NCBI GenBank assembly: GCA_028713935.1
Contig: JAQTNI010000012.1
Coordinates: forward strand, 1 to 30,360
Direction: 5' to 3'
DNA from: Candidatus Iainarchaeum sp.
GTDB taxonomy: Archaea; Iainarchaeota; Iainarchaeia; Iainarchaeales; GCA-2688035
DNA: 30,360 bases
Shown here piece after piece: positions 1 through 7,420 of the stretch (positions are counted from its first letter, which is position 1; each line of letters starts with the position of its first letter). A program made the translations under genes and the position numbers. The notes under the pieces were generated by a model that was given only the letters and a program-made list of their open reading frames with translations, made no database searches and had not been told where the DNA came from.

Positions 1-106
1 TTAGGCTTCCGGAAACTTTTTGAAGCGCTCATAAATTAGCTTTCAAAAAGTTTGCAAAAAAAGTTGGAGCAAGCCTGAGACCTGGGTTCAAATCCCAGTA
101 GGGTCA
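1..106 (+). tRNA. tRNA truncated at its 5' end by the window edge, intron-containing; probable tRNA-Arg(CCG)
   Basis: T-arm CTGGG/TTCAAAT/CCCAG (82-98) and acceptor 3' half TAGGGTC plus discriminator A (99-106). Anticodon stem TAGGC (2-6) pairs with GCCTG (73-77), and the loop TTCCGG places CCG at 9-11. An insert of about 59 nt (13-71) after position 37 contains the hairpin AAACTTTTTGAAGC/GCTTTCAAAAAGTTT. A shifted register would read CGG (Pro) but loses U33. Confidence 0.6.
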
Positions 107-136
107 ATTTTATTAGCAGAAAAAAAAGGTGTTGTT

Positions 137-598
137 ATGAAGTATTACATTGGTTCTGACCATGCTGGATTTGCATTGAAAGAAAAATTGCGCGAATACT
201 TAAAACCGGAATTTGAATTAATTGATATCGGGGTTTTCAGCGAAGAAAGGGCTGATTACCCAAAAATTGCCTTTGAACTGGCAAAAAAAATTTATTTGGA
301 AAACGCAATGGGAATCCTTGTTTGCGGAACAGGAATCGGAATGAGCATTGCAGCAAATAAAATTAAAGGAATAAGGGCAGCAGTTATTTATGATGAATTC
401 ACTGCCCAGATGGCAAGAGAGCACAACAATGCAAACATTGCCTGCCTTGGAGCGAGAAACATTACGGAAGAAAAGGCAATTAAAATAACAAAAATTTTTT
501 TGTCAACAAAGTTTTCAGGTGAAACAGAAACAGGAAAAAGGCACTCAGAAAGAATAAGGCAAATAAAAGAATTTGAAGAAAACGCATTAAAAAAATAA
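137..598 (+). CDS. rpiB: ribose-5-phosphate isomerase B (RpiB/LacAB family)
   Basis: 153 aa with N-terminal IGSDHAGF and the motifs LVCGTGIGMSIAANK and HNNANIACLGAR, typical of RpiB. SD AAGGTG lies 6 nt upstream of the ATG. Confidence 0.85.
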   Translation: MKYYIGSDHAGFALKEKLREYLKPEFELIDIGVFSEERADYPKIAFELAKKIYLENAMGILVCGTGIGMSIAANKIKGIRAAVIYDEFTAQMAREHNNANIACLGARNITEEKAIKITKIFLSTKFSGETETGKRHSERIRQIKEFEENALKK

Positions 599-605
599 AA
601 ATTTG

Positions 606-1991
606 CTATTCCGAAATTAACTTGATCTGGCAAAGTTCTTGAAAGCCATATTTTCCAAGCTCCCTGCCCATGCCTGATTTTTTAAAACCGCCGAATGGAT
701 TGGAGGCATGCCAATGGTTTGCCTGGTTAATTTCAATAAATCCTGCATCAATTTGACCTGCAACACGCTTTGCTGTTTCTGGATTTGCAGTGTATATTTC
801 CGCGCCTAACCCGTATTCGGTGTCATTAGCAAGGCGGATGGCTTCAGTTTCAGTCTTGAAAGAAACAATTGGAAGCACAGGCCCAAAAACCTCTTCTTTC
901 CAGACACGCATTGTTGGCTTGATATTCACAAGAATAGTCGGCTCGAAATATGCCCCTTTTAGATTGCCTGGTTTTTTTCCGCCAGTAACTATTTTTGCGC
1001 CTTTTTGTATTGCATCTTTTACCTGGCTTTCCAATAATTTAACTTGGCGCTTGGCCACAAGGCTTCCCATTGTGGTTTTTTCATCAAGCGGGTCGCCCAA
1101 TCTGATTTCCTGGATACTGACCGCAAGTTTCTCAACGAGTTCATCAAACCTGGATTCATGAACAATCAGGCGTTTGGCAGCATCGCAGAATTGCCCCGCA
1201 TTTGTAAACCTGCTTGCAACAAGTTTTGGAACAGCTTTGCCAATATCTGCATCTTCAAAGACAATTGCAGGATTGCTCCCGCCTAATTCCATAAGGACTT
1301 TTACAAATTTTCCAGCAGCAATTTGATAAATGGCTTGCCCTGCCCTTGTGCTCCCAGTAAACCATATCAGGGTAATATCTCCCTGCAAAAGTTGCGCTCC
1401 TTGTGTTGCATCACCATAGATTTCACTAAAAACCCCTTTTGGCAGGTTTCCTTTTTTCATCAATTTTTCGAGAATTTCTCCATAAAGAGGGCATTCTTCA
1501 GAATGCTTGAAAACCACAGTATTTCCAGCGATGAGATTTGGAATTACGCCCCATATGAAACTGCCAAATGGAAAGTTCCAGGGAGAAATGACAGCAGCAA
1601 CGCCAAAAGGCTCGAATGAGATGTGATGAATTGTTCCCTCAATTTTTTTTGTTTCATCCTGAAGATAGGCAGCACCGTTATCCAAAAAATCGTTGAAATA
1701 TTTTAAGCCAGTTTCAACCCCTTTCCTGCATTCAACAATGGGTTTCCCAATTTCCAGTGCCATATTCTTTGCAAGCATTTCTTTGTTATTTTGAAATTCC
1801 TGGAAAATTGGCTTCAACAAAACAATCCTTTTATCAATGCCCAGTTCTTTCCAGGAATGAAAAGCATTTCTCGCCAAAGAAATTTTTTCCTGTATTTCAG
1901 TAAGTGGAGAAACAGGAACCTGGCCCAACACTTCAAAATTCCGCGCAGGATTAGTAGATATCAACAAGCCCATAAAATTCACAAACAACAA
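606..1991 (-). CDS. NAD(P)+-dependent aldehyde dehydrogenase family protein
   Basis: 461 aa with ALDH signatures: FTGSTRAG, ELGGSNPAIVFEDAD (catalytic Glu region), NAGQFCDAAKR (catalytic Cys), EEVFGPVLPI and PFGGFKKSGMGRE. The true start may be the internal MGLLIS (about 1973). Confidence 0.85.
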   Translation of the reverse strand: MLFVNFMGLLISTNPARNFEVLGQVPVSPLTEIQEKISLARNAFHSWKELGIDKRIVLLKPIFQEFQNNKEMLAKNMALEIGKPIVECRKGVETGLKYFNDFLDNGAAYLQDETKKIEGTIHHISFEPFGVAAVISPWNFPFGSFIWGVIPNLIAGNTVVFKHSEECPLYGEILEKLMKKGNLPKGVFSEIYGDATQGAQLLQGDITLIWFTGSTRAGQAIYQIAAGKFVKVLMELGGSNPAIVFEDADIGKAVPKLVASRFTNAGQFCDAAKRLIVHESRFDELVEKLAVSIQEIRLGDPLDEKTTMGSLVAKRQVKLLESQVKDAIQKGAKIVTGGKKPGNLKGAYFEPTILVNIKPTMRVWKEEVFGPVLPIVSFKTETEAIRLANDTEYGLGAEIYTANPETAKRVAGQIDAGFIEINQANHWHASNPFGGFKKSGMGRELGKYGFQELCQIKLISE

Positions 1992-2013
1992 TTTTAAAAT
2001 TTATAAATTTGCA

Positions 2014-2160
2014 TGCAGGGAGGAGGATTCGAACCCCCGAACGCACTAAGCGACCGGCCTGTTCCAATCATTCAATGTGAAAATCAATGGATTGCCAAGA
2101 TTTTCTTTCCAATAAAAGACTGCCTGAAGCCGGCAGGTTTGACCGCTTCCATATCCCTGC
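2014..2160 (-). tRNA. tRNA-Leu(CAG), class II, with an intron of about 63 nt
   Basis: Read on the minus strand: acceptor GCAGGGA/TCCCTGC plus A; anticodon stem CCGGC/GCCGG; loop TTCAGG (anticodon CAG at 2126-2124). The long variable arm is CGC-TTAGT-GCG and the T-arm is GGGGG/TTCGAAT/CCTCC. The insert after position 37 spans about 2060-2122. Confidence 0.8.
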
Positions 2161-2216
2161 GGATAAATAAAACCTTAACATCAAATCTTTTAATATAAGT
2201 GCCTGCAGTTTGGAAG

Positions 2217-2486
2217 CTATTTTTTATAAAAATTTTTTACCCAGTGCTTTTTGAAGAAAGGCAGGCTTAGCGTTGAAATAACAAAAGCGAGTGCGGGAAC
2301 AAGGGAATTGACAAGCGGTGCCGGAAGCCCAACAGCAAAAAAATAAATTGAAATTGCACAGTAGGTAAGCACAAAAATTACTATTTTTCTTGCCCAGCTG
2401 GTTTCCCATGCCTTGTCTGATTCAACTCTGGAATTTCTTTCATTTATTTTTTTTATTTCTTTTTTTAATTCTTCAATTTCATTCAT
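2217..2486 (-). CDS. small membrane protein (N-terminal charged helix plus 2 predicted TM segments), function unknown
   Basis: 89-aa ORF. It has a Lys/Glu-rich N-terminus (EIEELKKEIKKINERN) followed by two hydrophobic stretches (IVIFVLTYCAISIYFFAV and LVPALAFVISTLSLPFF). Confidence 0.5.
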   Translation of the reverse strand: MNEIEELKKEIKKINERNSRVESDKAWETSWARKIVIFVLTYCAISIYFFAVGLPAPLVNSLVPALAFVISTLSLPFFKKHWVKNFYKK

Positions 2487-2510
2487 AAAAAAAATGCCTC
2501 TTGGCCTACA

Positions 2511-2870
2511 CTAAATTCTTCTTCTCAACCTATGCCCGGGTTGAGACCTTTGAAAAAAGCCGCTTTGCGGCCTTGAGGTTACTGAAGGCATTGCCTGCCT
2601 GAATCTGCGCATGGCTGGCATTCTTGCCTGCCCTGGCTGCACACTGCTCCCTGGCAATTTCGGGTTTGAGCCAACAGGCATTCTGGTTTGCCTTTTCCAG
2701 CCCCTTTGCGCCAAAGCAGACCTGCTATGCCCAATTGCGCTTCTTAAGCCAGAGCCAATTCCAGACCTTGGCATCTGCCTGAATTGTTCCTTGGGAAAAA
2801 TCAAGCGGGGCAAAAATTCAAAGAAGCCGAAAAGCCAGCTAAAATCAAAAAAACCCATAAAAAAAACCAT
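2511..2870 (-). other. GC-rich island: either a 119-aa Arg-rich protein with an N-terminal hydrophobic anchor or a structured ncRNA (unresolved)
   Basis: Open on both strands (minus 2511-2972, plus 2611-2877). The minus frame from the ATG at 2870 gives MVFFMGFFDFSWLFGFFEF followed by four R-x-x-MP motifs. The locus also carries the hairpin GCCGC-AAA-GCGGC plus T6 (minus strand, about 2552-2574) upstream of the ORF stop, and the hairpin CTCAACC/GGTTGAG (2526-2547). Confidence 0.3.
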
Positions 2871-2920
2871 TAAATAATTGGAATTCCAAGAATTTAATTG
2901 TTTTGCCAGAAAAAGCCAAG

Positions 2921-3040
2921 CTTTTGCAAAACAATTTTCCCAAGGCTTTCGAAAGCGAGCATTGCGAAGCAATTTTCCAAGGTTTTCGAAAGCGACAGCG
3001 CTTCGAAAAGCTTTAGCGAGCGCTTCGAAAGGCTTTTAAA
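2921..3040. repeat. array of four TTCGAA-centred palindromes with two TTTTCC(C)AAGG motifs
   Basis: GCTTTCGAAAGC (2945-2956), GTTTTCGAAAGC (2982-2993), GCTTCGAAAAGC (3000-3011), GCTTCGAAAGGC (3022-3033). The degenerate unit of about 37 nt, CAATTTTCC(C)AAGG(C/T)TTTCGAAAGCGA, occurs twice. Confidence 0.7.
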
Positions 3041-3185
3041 AACAATGAAAAGGAATTATTTTAGTTGATAACCATGAGAAGGAATTTACTTCACAAACAG
3101 CAATAATTTTTCTAATTCTAGAGACTTGATTAGATATAAGAACATTTTGAATTCCATTAATCCTTATTTGTCAGATTCAAAAAAT

Positions 3186-3258
3186 GGCTGCGATGGTGCA
3201 GTGGTTAGCATGAAGGCCTGTGGAGCCTTCGAGCCGGGTTCGAGTCCCGGTCGCGGCC
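3186..3258 (+). tRNA. tRNA-His(GUG) with genome-encoded G-1
   Basis: G-1 (3186) sits opposite discriminator C73 (3258). Acceptor GCTGCGA/TCGCGGC; D-arm GTGC/GCAT; anticodon stem AAGGC/GCCTT with loop CTGTGGA (GTG); T-arm CCGGG/TTCGAGT/CCCGG. No intron. Confidence 0.9.
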
Positions 3259-3263
3259 TAAGC

Positions 3264-3292
3264 CTTTTCTCTTTTTCAAAAAAAGAGAAAAG
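3264..3292. terminator. polypyrimidine/polypurine hairpin with T-tracts downstream of tRNA-His
   Basis: CTTTTCTCTTTTT (3264-3276) is complementary to AAAAAGAGAAAAG (3280-3292). The T-rich arm fits archaeal oligo-T termination. The termination function is inferred. Confidence 0.4.
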
Positions 3293-3319
3293 TCTCCAGT
3301 CGTTCCAAAAGAGAAAAAC

Positions 3320-3327
3320 TATAAATT
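3320..3327 (+). promoter_or_regulatory. TATA-box candidate for hisS (leaderless or near-leaderless)
   Basis: TATAAATT is centred about 29 nt upstream of the hisS ATG (3353), and there is no SD in between. Confidence 0.4.
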
Positions 3328-3352
3328 CAACAATGAACAATAGTGATTCGCC

Positions 3353-4603
3353 ATGAAATTTCAGACAGTTCGCGGAATGCGGGATTTTTTGCCGGAACAG
3401 GCAAAGAAAAAACAGGCAATAGAAGACTTAATTAGAAAAGAATTTGAAGCCTATGGCTTTGAGCCATTGGAAACTCCCATTGTGGAGGATTTTGGTTTGC
3501 TTGCAGCAAAAGGCAGTGCAGGAGAAGCAATAAAAGAAGAAATTTATTATTTCAAAGACAAATCAGAAAGAGAGCTGGGATTAAGGTTTGACCTGACAGT
3601 GCCATTGGCAAGAGTGATTGCCTCAAATCCCCAGCTTGCAAAGCCATTCAAGAGATACCAGATTGGGCCTGTTTATAGATACGACCGCCCCGGAGCGAAG
3701 CGCTATCGTAGTTTTACACAGGCGGATATTGACACTGTCGGAAGCGCTTCAGTGCTTGCAGATTTTGAATGCATTGCAATTGCCTGCAATATAATGAAAA
3801 AGCTTGGATTAAAGTTTTTTATTCGGGTTTCAAACAAGGCATTGCTTGAACAAATCGGGCTTGCCTGCGGAATAAAAAACGAGCAGCTTGCCGATTGCTT
3901 CAGGAGCATTGACAAATTTGAAAAAATCGGCAAAGAAGGAGTTGCAAAAGAACTTGAAGAAAAAGGAATCTCAACAAAAATCCTGGAGATTATAAAAGAA
4001 AATGATTTGAAAAAAATTGAAAAAATTATAAAAGACAAAAAAGGTTTAAATGAACTGAAGGAACTGTTTGATTATTCTGAAAAAGCAGGAATTTTGAAAT
4101 TCGTCAAATTTGACGCTAGCCTTGCGCGCGGCCTTGAGTATTACACTGGAAATGTCTTTGAAGTTTCCTGCGAAGAAATAAGCGTTGGAGGCGGGGGGAG
4201 GTATGACAGGCTCATTGAAACTTATGGCGGGCCTTCCACGCCTGCAGTTGGAATCAGCTTTGGAATAGACAGGCTAATTGACTGCCTTGAAGGAAAAGAA
4301 ATTGCTGTGCAAAAAACACAGTTGCTTGTTATTCCAATCGGAGAGGAAGCAGCAAAAGAAAGCCTGAAAATCGCAAAAGAACTGCGTTCAGCAGGCCTGA
4401 ACATTGAAAACGATTTAATGCAGAGAAACCTGCAAAAAAACATGGATTATGCAAACAAAAAAAAGATTCCCTTTGTTGCAATAATCGGAGAAAATGAATT
4501 GAAACAGGGAGAACTGCTCCTCAAAAACATGCAAAGCGGAAAACAGGAAAAAATCAGGTTAAAAGAGTTGAGCAAACTTGCTGAGAAAATTAAACAGGCA
4601 TGA
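3353..4603 (+). CDS. hisS: histidine--tRNA ligase (class II aaRS)
   Basis: 416 aa with N-terminal VRGMRDFLP, motif 2 region YRYDRPGAKRYRSFTQADID, the HisRS-specific GGGGRYDRLIE, and GISFGIDRL. A C-terminal anticodon-binding-like domain is present. Confidence 0.9.
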   Translation: MKFQTVRGMRDFLPEQAKKKQAIEDLIRKEFEAYGFEPLETPIVEDFGLLAAKGSAGEAIKEEIYYFKDKSERELGLRFDLTVPLARVIASNPQLAKPFKRYQIGPVYRYDRPGAKRYRSFTQADIDTVGSASVLADFECIAIACNIMKKLGLKFFIRVSNKALLEQIGLACGIKNEQLADCFRSIDKFEKIGKEGVAKELEEKGISTKILEIIKENDLKKIEKIIKDKKGLNELKELFDYSEKAGILKFVKFDASLARGLEYYTGNVFEVSCEEISVGGGGRYDRLIETYGGPSTPAVGISFGIDRLIDCLEGKEIAVQKTQLLVIPIGEEAAKESLKIAKELRSAGLNIENDLMQRNLQKNMDYANKKKIPFVAIIGENELKQGELLLKNMQSGKQEKIRLKELSKLAEKIKQA

Positions 4604-5243
4604 TTCACAGGATGCCCAGCGCCAAAGAAATCTGCTTGCCCGAAGACTCAAATGGGCTGCGGGCACAGACAGGCTTGCAAGAAATCCCGAAACAAGAAAA
4701 TTTTCATGGGGATACAAAGAAAGTTTTCTTTATGAAGTCCAGGAAAACCTCATGTTTGATTTAAAGGAAGTCATGCAGCGAATGCAAATTGGAAAAAATT
4801 CCGGAAGAGCATTCAGGGTTCTGGACTTAAGCTGCCTTGAAGGCAATGCAATTGCAGAAATTGCACGTGATTTTCCTAATGTTGAAGCGCATGGCTTAAG
4901 CTTGCGGCGCGAGCCGGCATGGAAAAACCACAAAAATGTTTTTTGGCATGTCGGGCATGCACAAAAAATGCCACTGAAAGGCAATTATTTTGATTTTGTT
5001 TTTTCTCATTTTGGGATAACACATGCGCCAAGCTTGGAATCGGCTTTGAAAGAGCTTCACAGGATTCTAAGGAATGGCGGCGAAACAGCATTTGTTCTTG
5101 AACCTACAAGGGAAAATAATGTTCCGCATGCAATTGAGCAAATTGCAAGGCAAACCGGCTTTGAAGTAACAAAACACGAATATAAAAGAACAAGCAGAAG
5201 CCGGGCATCAAAGCACGTAATTCACTTAAGAAAAATAAGATAA
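4578..5243 (+). CDS. class I SAM-dependent methyltransferase (substrate unknown)
   Basis: Motif I-like VLDLSCLEGNA, then FDFVFSHFGITHA and LKELHRILRNGGETAF. The ORF start overlaps the hisS 3' end by 26 nt, and a later Met (MFDLKEV or MQRMQIG) could be the true start. Confidence 0.6.
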   Translation: MLRKLNRHDSQDAQRQRNLLARRLKWAAGTDRLARNPETRKFSWGYKESFLYEVQENLMFDLKEVMQRMQIGKNSGRAFRVLDLSCLEGNAIAEIARDFPNVEAHGLSLRREPAWKNHKNVFWHVGHAQKMPLKGNYFDFVFSHFGITHAPSLESALKELHRILRNGGETAFVLEPTRENNVPHAIEQIARQTGFEVTKHEYKRTSRSRASKHVIHLRKIR

Positions 5244-5275
5244 CGGTAACAAAAAAAAGAAAAAGGAAAAAATAA

Positions 5276-5974
5276 TTATCCGCTTGTTAAAGATTTGATT
5301 ATTTTTTTTCTCCAGTATAATTGCTGCAGGCGCGCCCTAGCTTTCGCTTTTTCGTAGCGAGGCCTGGCATCGCTCCAGTCATTGCCTCTGCCAAGTTTTT
5401 CCCAGATTTGCTCTTTAGTGAAACCTTCAGTTTCCAAAAATTCGGTTGGGGGATTCACCTGCTTCCTGTCAAATTTGTTTATTCTGGGTGCTTTAAAATC
5501 AGGAGAGTAAATTTCTGCAACCTCTGCATAAATAACAGGTTTTGCACCAGGCCTTTTTGCATAAAACTCAGAAACACGAACCTTGGCGGTTTGGTCCGGC
5601 AAATGAAACTCTCTTTGAAGCCATTTTGGAATTTTCACAACAAAAACAGCCAAAACATTTTTTCTAATTGTATAGCCATTTTCGCGAAAAGTTTCTCCAA
5701 TAAGCTTCCTTCCCTTGATTTTTTCGTGTATTGCCCTGATTGCAGGATTTGGAAATCTTTCAGGCAGGAAAGTAATTGCAAAAGTCCTTGAAATCCCTTT
5801 TTTGTCAACCAGGTGCGCCTTGCGGACAAAAGGAGGCGAATTTGTAACAACTCTTGCAGCAATTTTTCCATAGTCTTTGCCCAATTCATCAGTATGCAAT
5901 GAGCCTTCCAGTGGAAAATGCTTAGCCACTCCAATCCTTGCTTGCCTAGTTCTGCTGCGTACACCAAGAGGCAT
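5276..5974 (-). CDS. hypothetical protein (weak resemblance to chorismate-lyase/UTRA-like fold proteins)
   Basis: 232-aa ORF with coding-like composition. Segments such as AHLVDKKGISRTFAITFLPE and GAKPVIYAEVAEIYSP recall DUF98/UTRA patterns, but I cannot confirm this. Confidence 0.45.
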   Translation of the reverse strand: MPLGVRSRTRQARIGVAKHFPLEGSLHTDELGKDYGKIAARVVTNSPPFVRKAHLVDKKGISRTFAITFLPERFPNPAIRAIHEKIKGRKLIGETFRENGYTIRKNVLAVFVVKIPKWLQREFHLPDQTAKVRVSEFYAKRPGAKPVIYAEVAEIYSPDFKAPRINKFDRKQVNPPTEFLETEGFTKEQIWEKLGRGNDWSDARPRYEKAKARARLQQLYWRKKIIKSLTSG

Positions 5975-6032
5975 GAAAACAAATTGCGCCCAAACCTATT
6001 AAAATTGTTTTCAATGCTAATTTTTTGCTATT

Positions 6033-6104
6033 GCCTGTGTAGTTCAGTGATAGAATGCCATCTTGGTAAGGTGGAGGTCGAGGGTTTGATCCCCTCCACA
6101 GGCT
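6033..6104 (+). tRNA. tRNA-Thr(GGU)
   Basis: Acceptor GCCTGTG/CACAGGC plus T; D-arm GTTC/GAAT; anticodon stem CCATC/GGTGG with loop TTGGTAA (GGT); T-arm GAGGG/TTTGATC/CCCTC. No intron. Confidence 0.9.
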
Positions 6105-7249
6105 TTCACTTTTTTTAAATTTCTTGAATTTGAAAATCCAATGAGTTTCATCCATTTTTCTACTTGTTTATGGCCGTATACTTCAATGCAATAACTGTGC
6201 CTTTTGATATTGTGGTGCGCATAAAGAGGGAAATATTTTGAAAGGAATTCTTTCAACTGCAGAAACAATGGTTCGCTAACAGTCTGCAATGAGATTCTTG
6301 GATATGTTTTGTTGTAAATTTTTCTTTGGTCGAGGAAAACACAGCCATCTGTGTCAAAAATTCCTCGAATGGTGGCAAAAACAAATTTTTCTTCAGAATT
6401 CATTATTTTGTCAGGAATTTTTACCGTATAAGTTTTGGGGCCGATTGGAAAGCCGAATCTTTTTGTTAATAACATGAAAAGCTGCTTGGAATATAAATTC
6501 AAGTTCAATGCTTTGCTGTATTTTCGAAAATAATGTTTTGCATCAATATCAAAAACGTTTTTTGCAATCGATGACAACTTGATTAACAAATAATCCTTGT
6601 CAGAAACACTGTTTCCAACAATTTGAATATGATATTTTGATTTTCCTTGCTTTGTAACATAGCTATCTGTGCATCCATCTCCAATAAATGCGCCAATAAA
6701 TTCACAAAGGTCTTCCGATAAAGGCGCATTAAAGTTAACTGGTTCTGAAAGCTCCCTGCTCGCGACTTTTCTTTGAAACCCTTCCCTTAACCTTGCAATA
6801 ATTTTGTCAGAATTTTTGGCAAAATTATTTTTCCCGCCCTTTACAATGCCCCAGTTTCCTGACTTTTTTAAAATCAGGGGAGAAAAAGATTCTTGTTTTT
6901 CTTTTGGCAAAAGTGCGAGCATTGAATTGAATAGTTTTTCAGGCAGCAGTGTTTTTCCATATTGATATTTCTGAAATTGGCTTCTGTAAATATTAAACAT
7001 TCCAGCAAGCGCATCCCAGCTTGGAACGCCGCTTGCTTCTCTGACCGCAAAGAAAAACTGTTTTCTGGAATCATCACTAACAAAGCCAATTCTGTCTTGC
7101 ATAGCAGAACTTTCCGCTTTTTCTTTAATTATCCCTTGCGGGTTTGTATTTCCGCTATTCATAAGAATCACTTCCGCAGAATTCATTGAGAATCCAGATG
7201 TCCCTGTCATCAAGATCTTCTGGGTTGCTTGCAGCAAGCCTTTTGGCAA
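6044..7249 (-). CDS. free-standing double-motif LAGLIDADG homing-endonuclease-like protein with an N-terminal extra domain
   Basis: Two LAGLIDADG motifs: EFIGAFIGDGC (nt 6703-6671) and ATIRGIFDTDGCVF (nt 6379-6338). The last 20 or so codons run antisense through tRNA-Thr(GGU). The start is uncertain (7249, 7186 or 7162); see the upstream ORF 7155-7301. Confidence 0.8.
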   Translation of the reverse strand: MPKGLLQATQKILMTGTSGFSMNSAEVILMNSGNTNPQGIIKEKAESSAMQDRIGFVSDDSRKQFFFAVREASGVPSWDALAGMFNIYRSQFQKYQYGKTLLPEKLFNSMLALLPKEKQESFSPLILKKSGNWGIVKGGKNNFAKNSDKIIARLREGFQRKVASRELSEPVNFNAPLSEDLCEFIGAFIGDGCTDSYVTKQGKSKYHIQIVGNSVSDKDYLLIKLSSIAKNVFDIDAKHYFRKYSKALNLNLYSKQLFMLLTKRFGFPIGPKTYTVKIPDKIMNSEEKFVFATIRGIFDTDGCVFLDQRKIYNKTYPRISLQTVSEPLFLQLKEFLSKYFPLYAHHNIKRHSYCIEVYGHKQVEKWMKLIGFSNSRNLKKVKACGGDQTLDLHLTKMAFYH

Positions 7250-7301
7250 TCTTTATCTCTTCCAGTGTTGGAAGAGGAAACTCAAATTTTTCAAAATTCA
7301 T
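7155..7301 (-). CDS. 48-aa ORF with a strong SD: either a frameshifted N-terminus of the LAGLIDADG gene or a translationally coupled leader ORF
   Basis: GGAGGTGG (complement of 7307-7314) lies 5 nt upstream of the ATG at 7301. The product is MNFEKFEFPLPTLEEIKIAKRLAASNPEDLDD.... Its stop TAG (7157-7155) is overlapped by an in-frame ATG of the LAGLIDADG frame (ATGAATAG, 7162). Confidence 0.5.
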   Translation of the reverse strand: MNFEKFEFPLPTLEEIKIAKRLAASNPEDLDDRDIWILNEFCGSDSYE

Positions 7302-7340
7302 TCGAACCACCTCCAAAATAAAAAAGAAATTTTTTCTGGA

Positions 7341-7420
7341 GACGTTGAGTGCGTTGGAGGCATTAAACCCTTTGACCTGAGCAAAACGAAGGCAAAGGTT
7401 TAAGCCGAACAACGCACAAG
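7341..7420. ncRNA. candidate structured RNA or long imperfect hairpin (strand and function unknown)
   Basis: Nested stems. The outer stem is GTGCGTTG (7349-7356) with CAACGCAC (7410-7417), extendable to GAC/GTC. The inner stem is GGCATTAAACCCTTTG (7359-7374) with CAAAGGTTTAAGCC (7393-7406), 14 bp with 2 bulges and an 18-nt loop. Confidence 0.35.

Noticed and set aside
13-71. C/D-box sRNA hosted in the long tRNA introns (also 2060-2122 and 19905-19981)
   Set aside because: None of the introns contains a proper C box (RTGATGA) with a D box (CTGA) at the expected spacing. Only a partial ATGATT is present in the Leu intron.
2013-2198. 61-aa plus-strand ORF
   Set aside because: It is the antisense of the intron-containing tRNA-Leu(CAG) gene, and the tRNA cloverleaf explains the sequence.
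2511-2870. Assignment of the GC-rich island to SRP RNA or RNase P RNA
   Set aside because: I could not find the conserved helix-8 GNAR-tetraloop context (CCGGAAGGGAGCA-like) or the RNase P CR-I/CR-V motifs (GGAAAGTCC, ACAGAA...CGGCTTA) by eye. Only a weak GGGAGCAG resemblance is present.
2921-3040. CRISPR array
   Set aside because: The repeats are short (12-37 nt), degenerate and palindromic, without regularly sized unique spacers. No cas genes are present in the window.
3259-3352. T-box or attenuator-like control of hisS by the adjacent tRNA-His
   Set aside because: T-box riboswitches are bacterial. The spacer shows only a simple hairpin with a T-tract and a TATA box, with no specifier or antiterminator architecture.
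3126-3356. 76-aa plus-strand ORF upstream of hisS
   Set aside because: It reads straight through tRNA-His and its terminator hairpin, and nothing supports it as coding.
7295-7320. tRNA fragment suggested by GGTTCGAAT (T-loop consensus) on the minus strand
   Set aside because: No complementary T-stem or acceptor follows. The sequence is the SD (GGAGGTGG) plus spacer and the ATG of the 7301 ORF.
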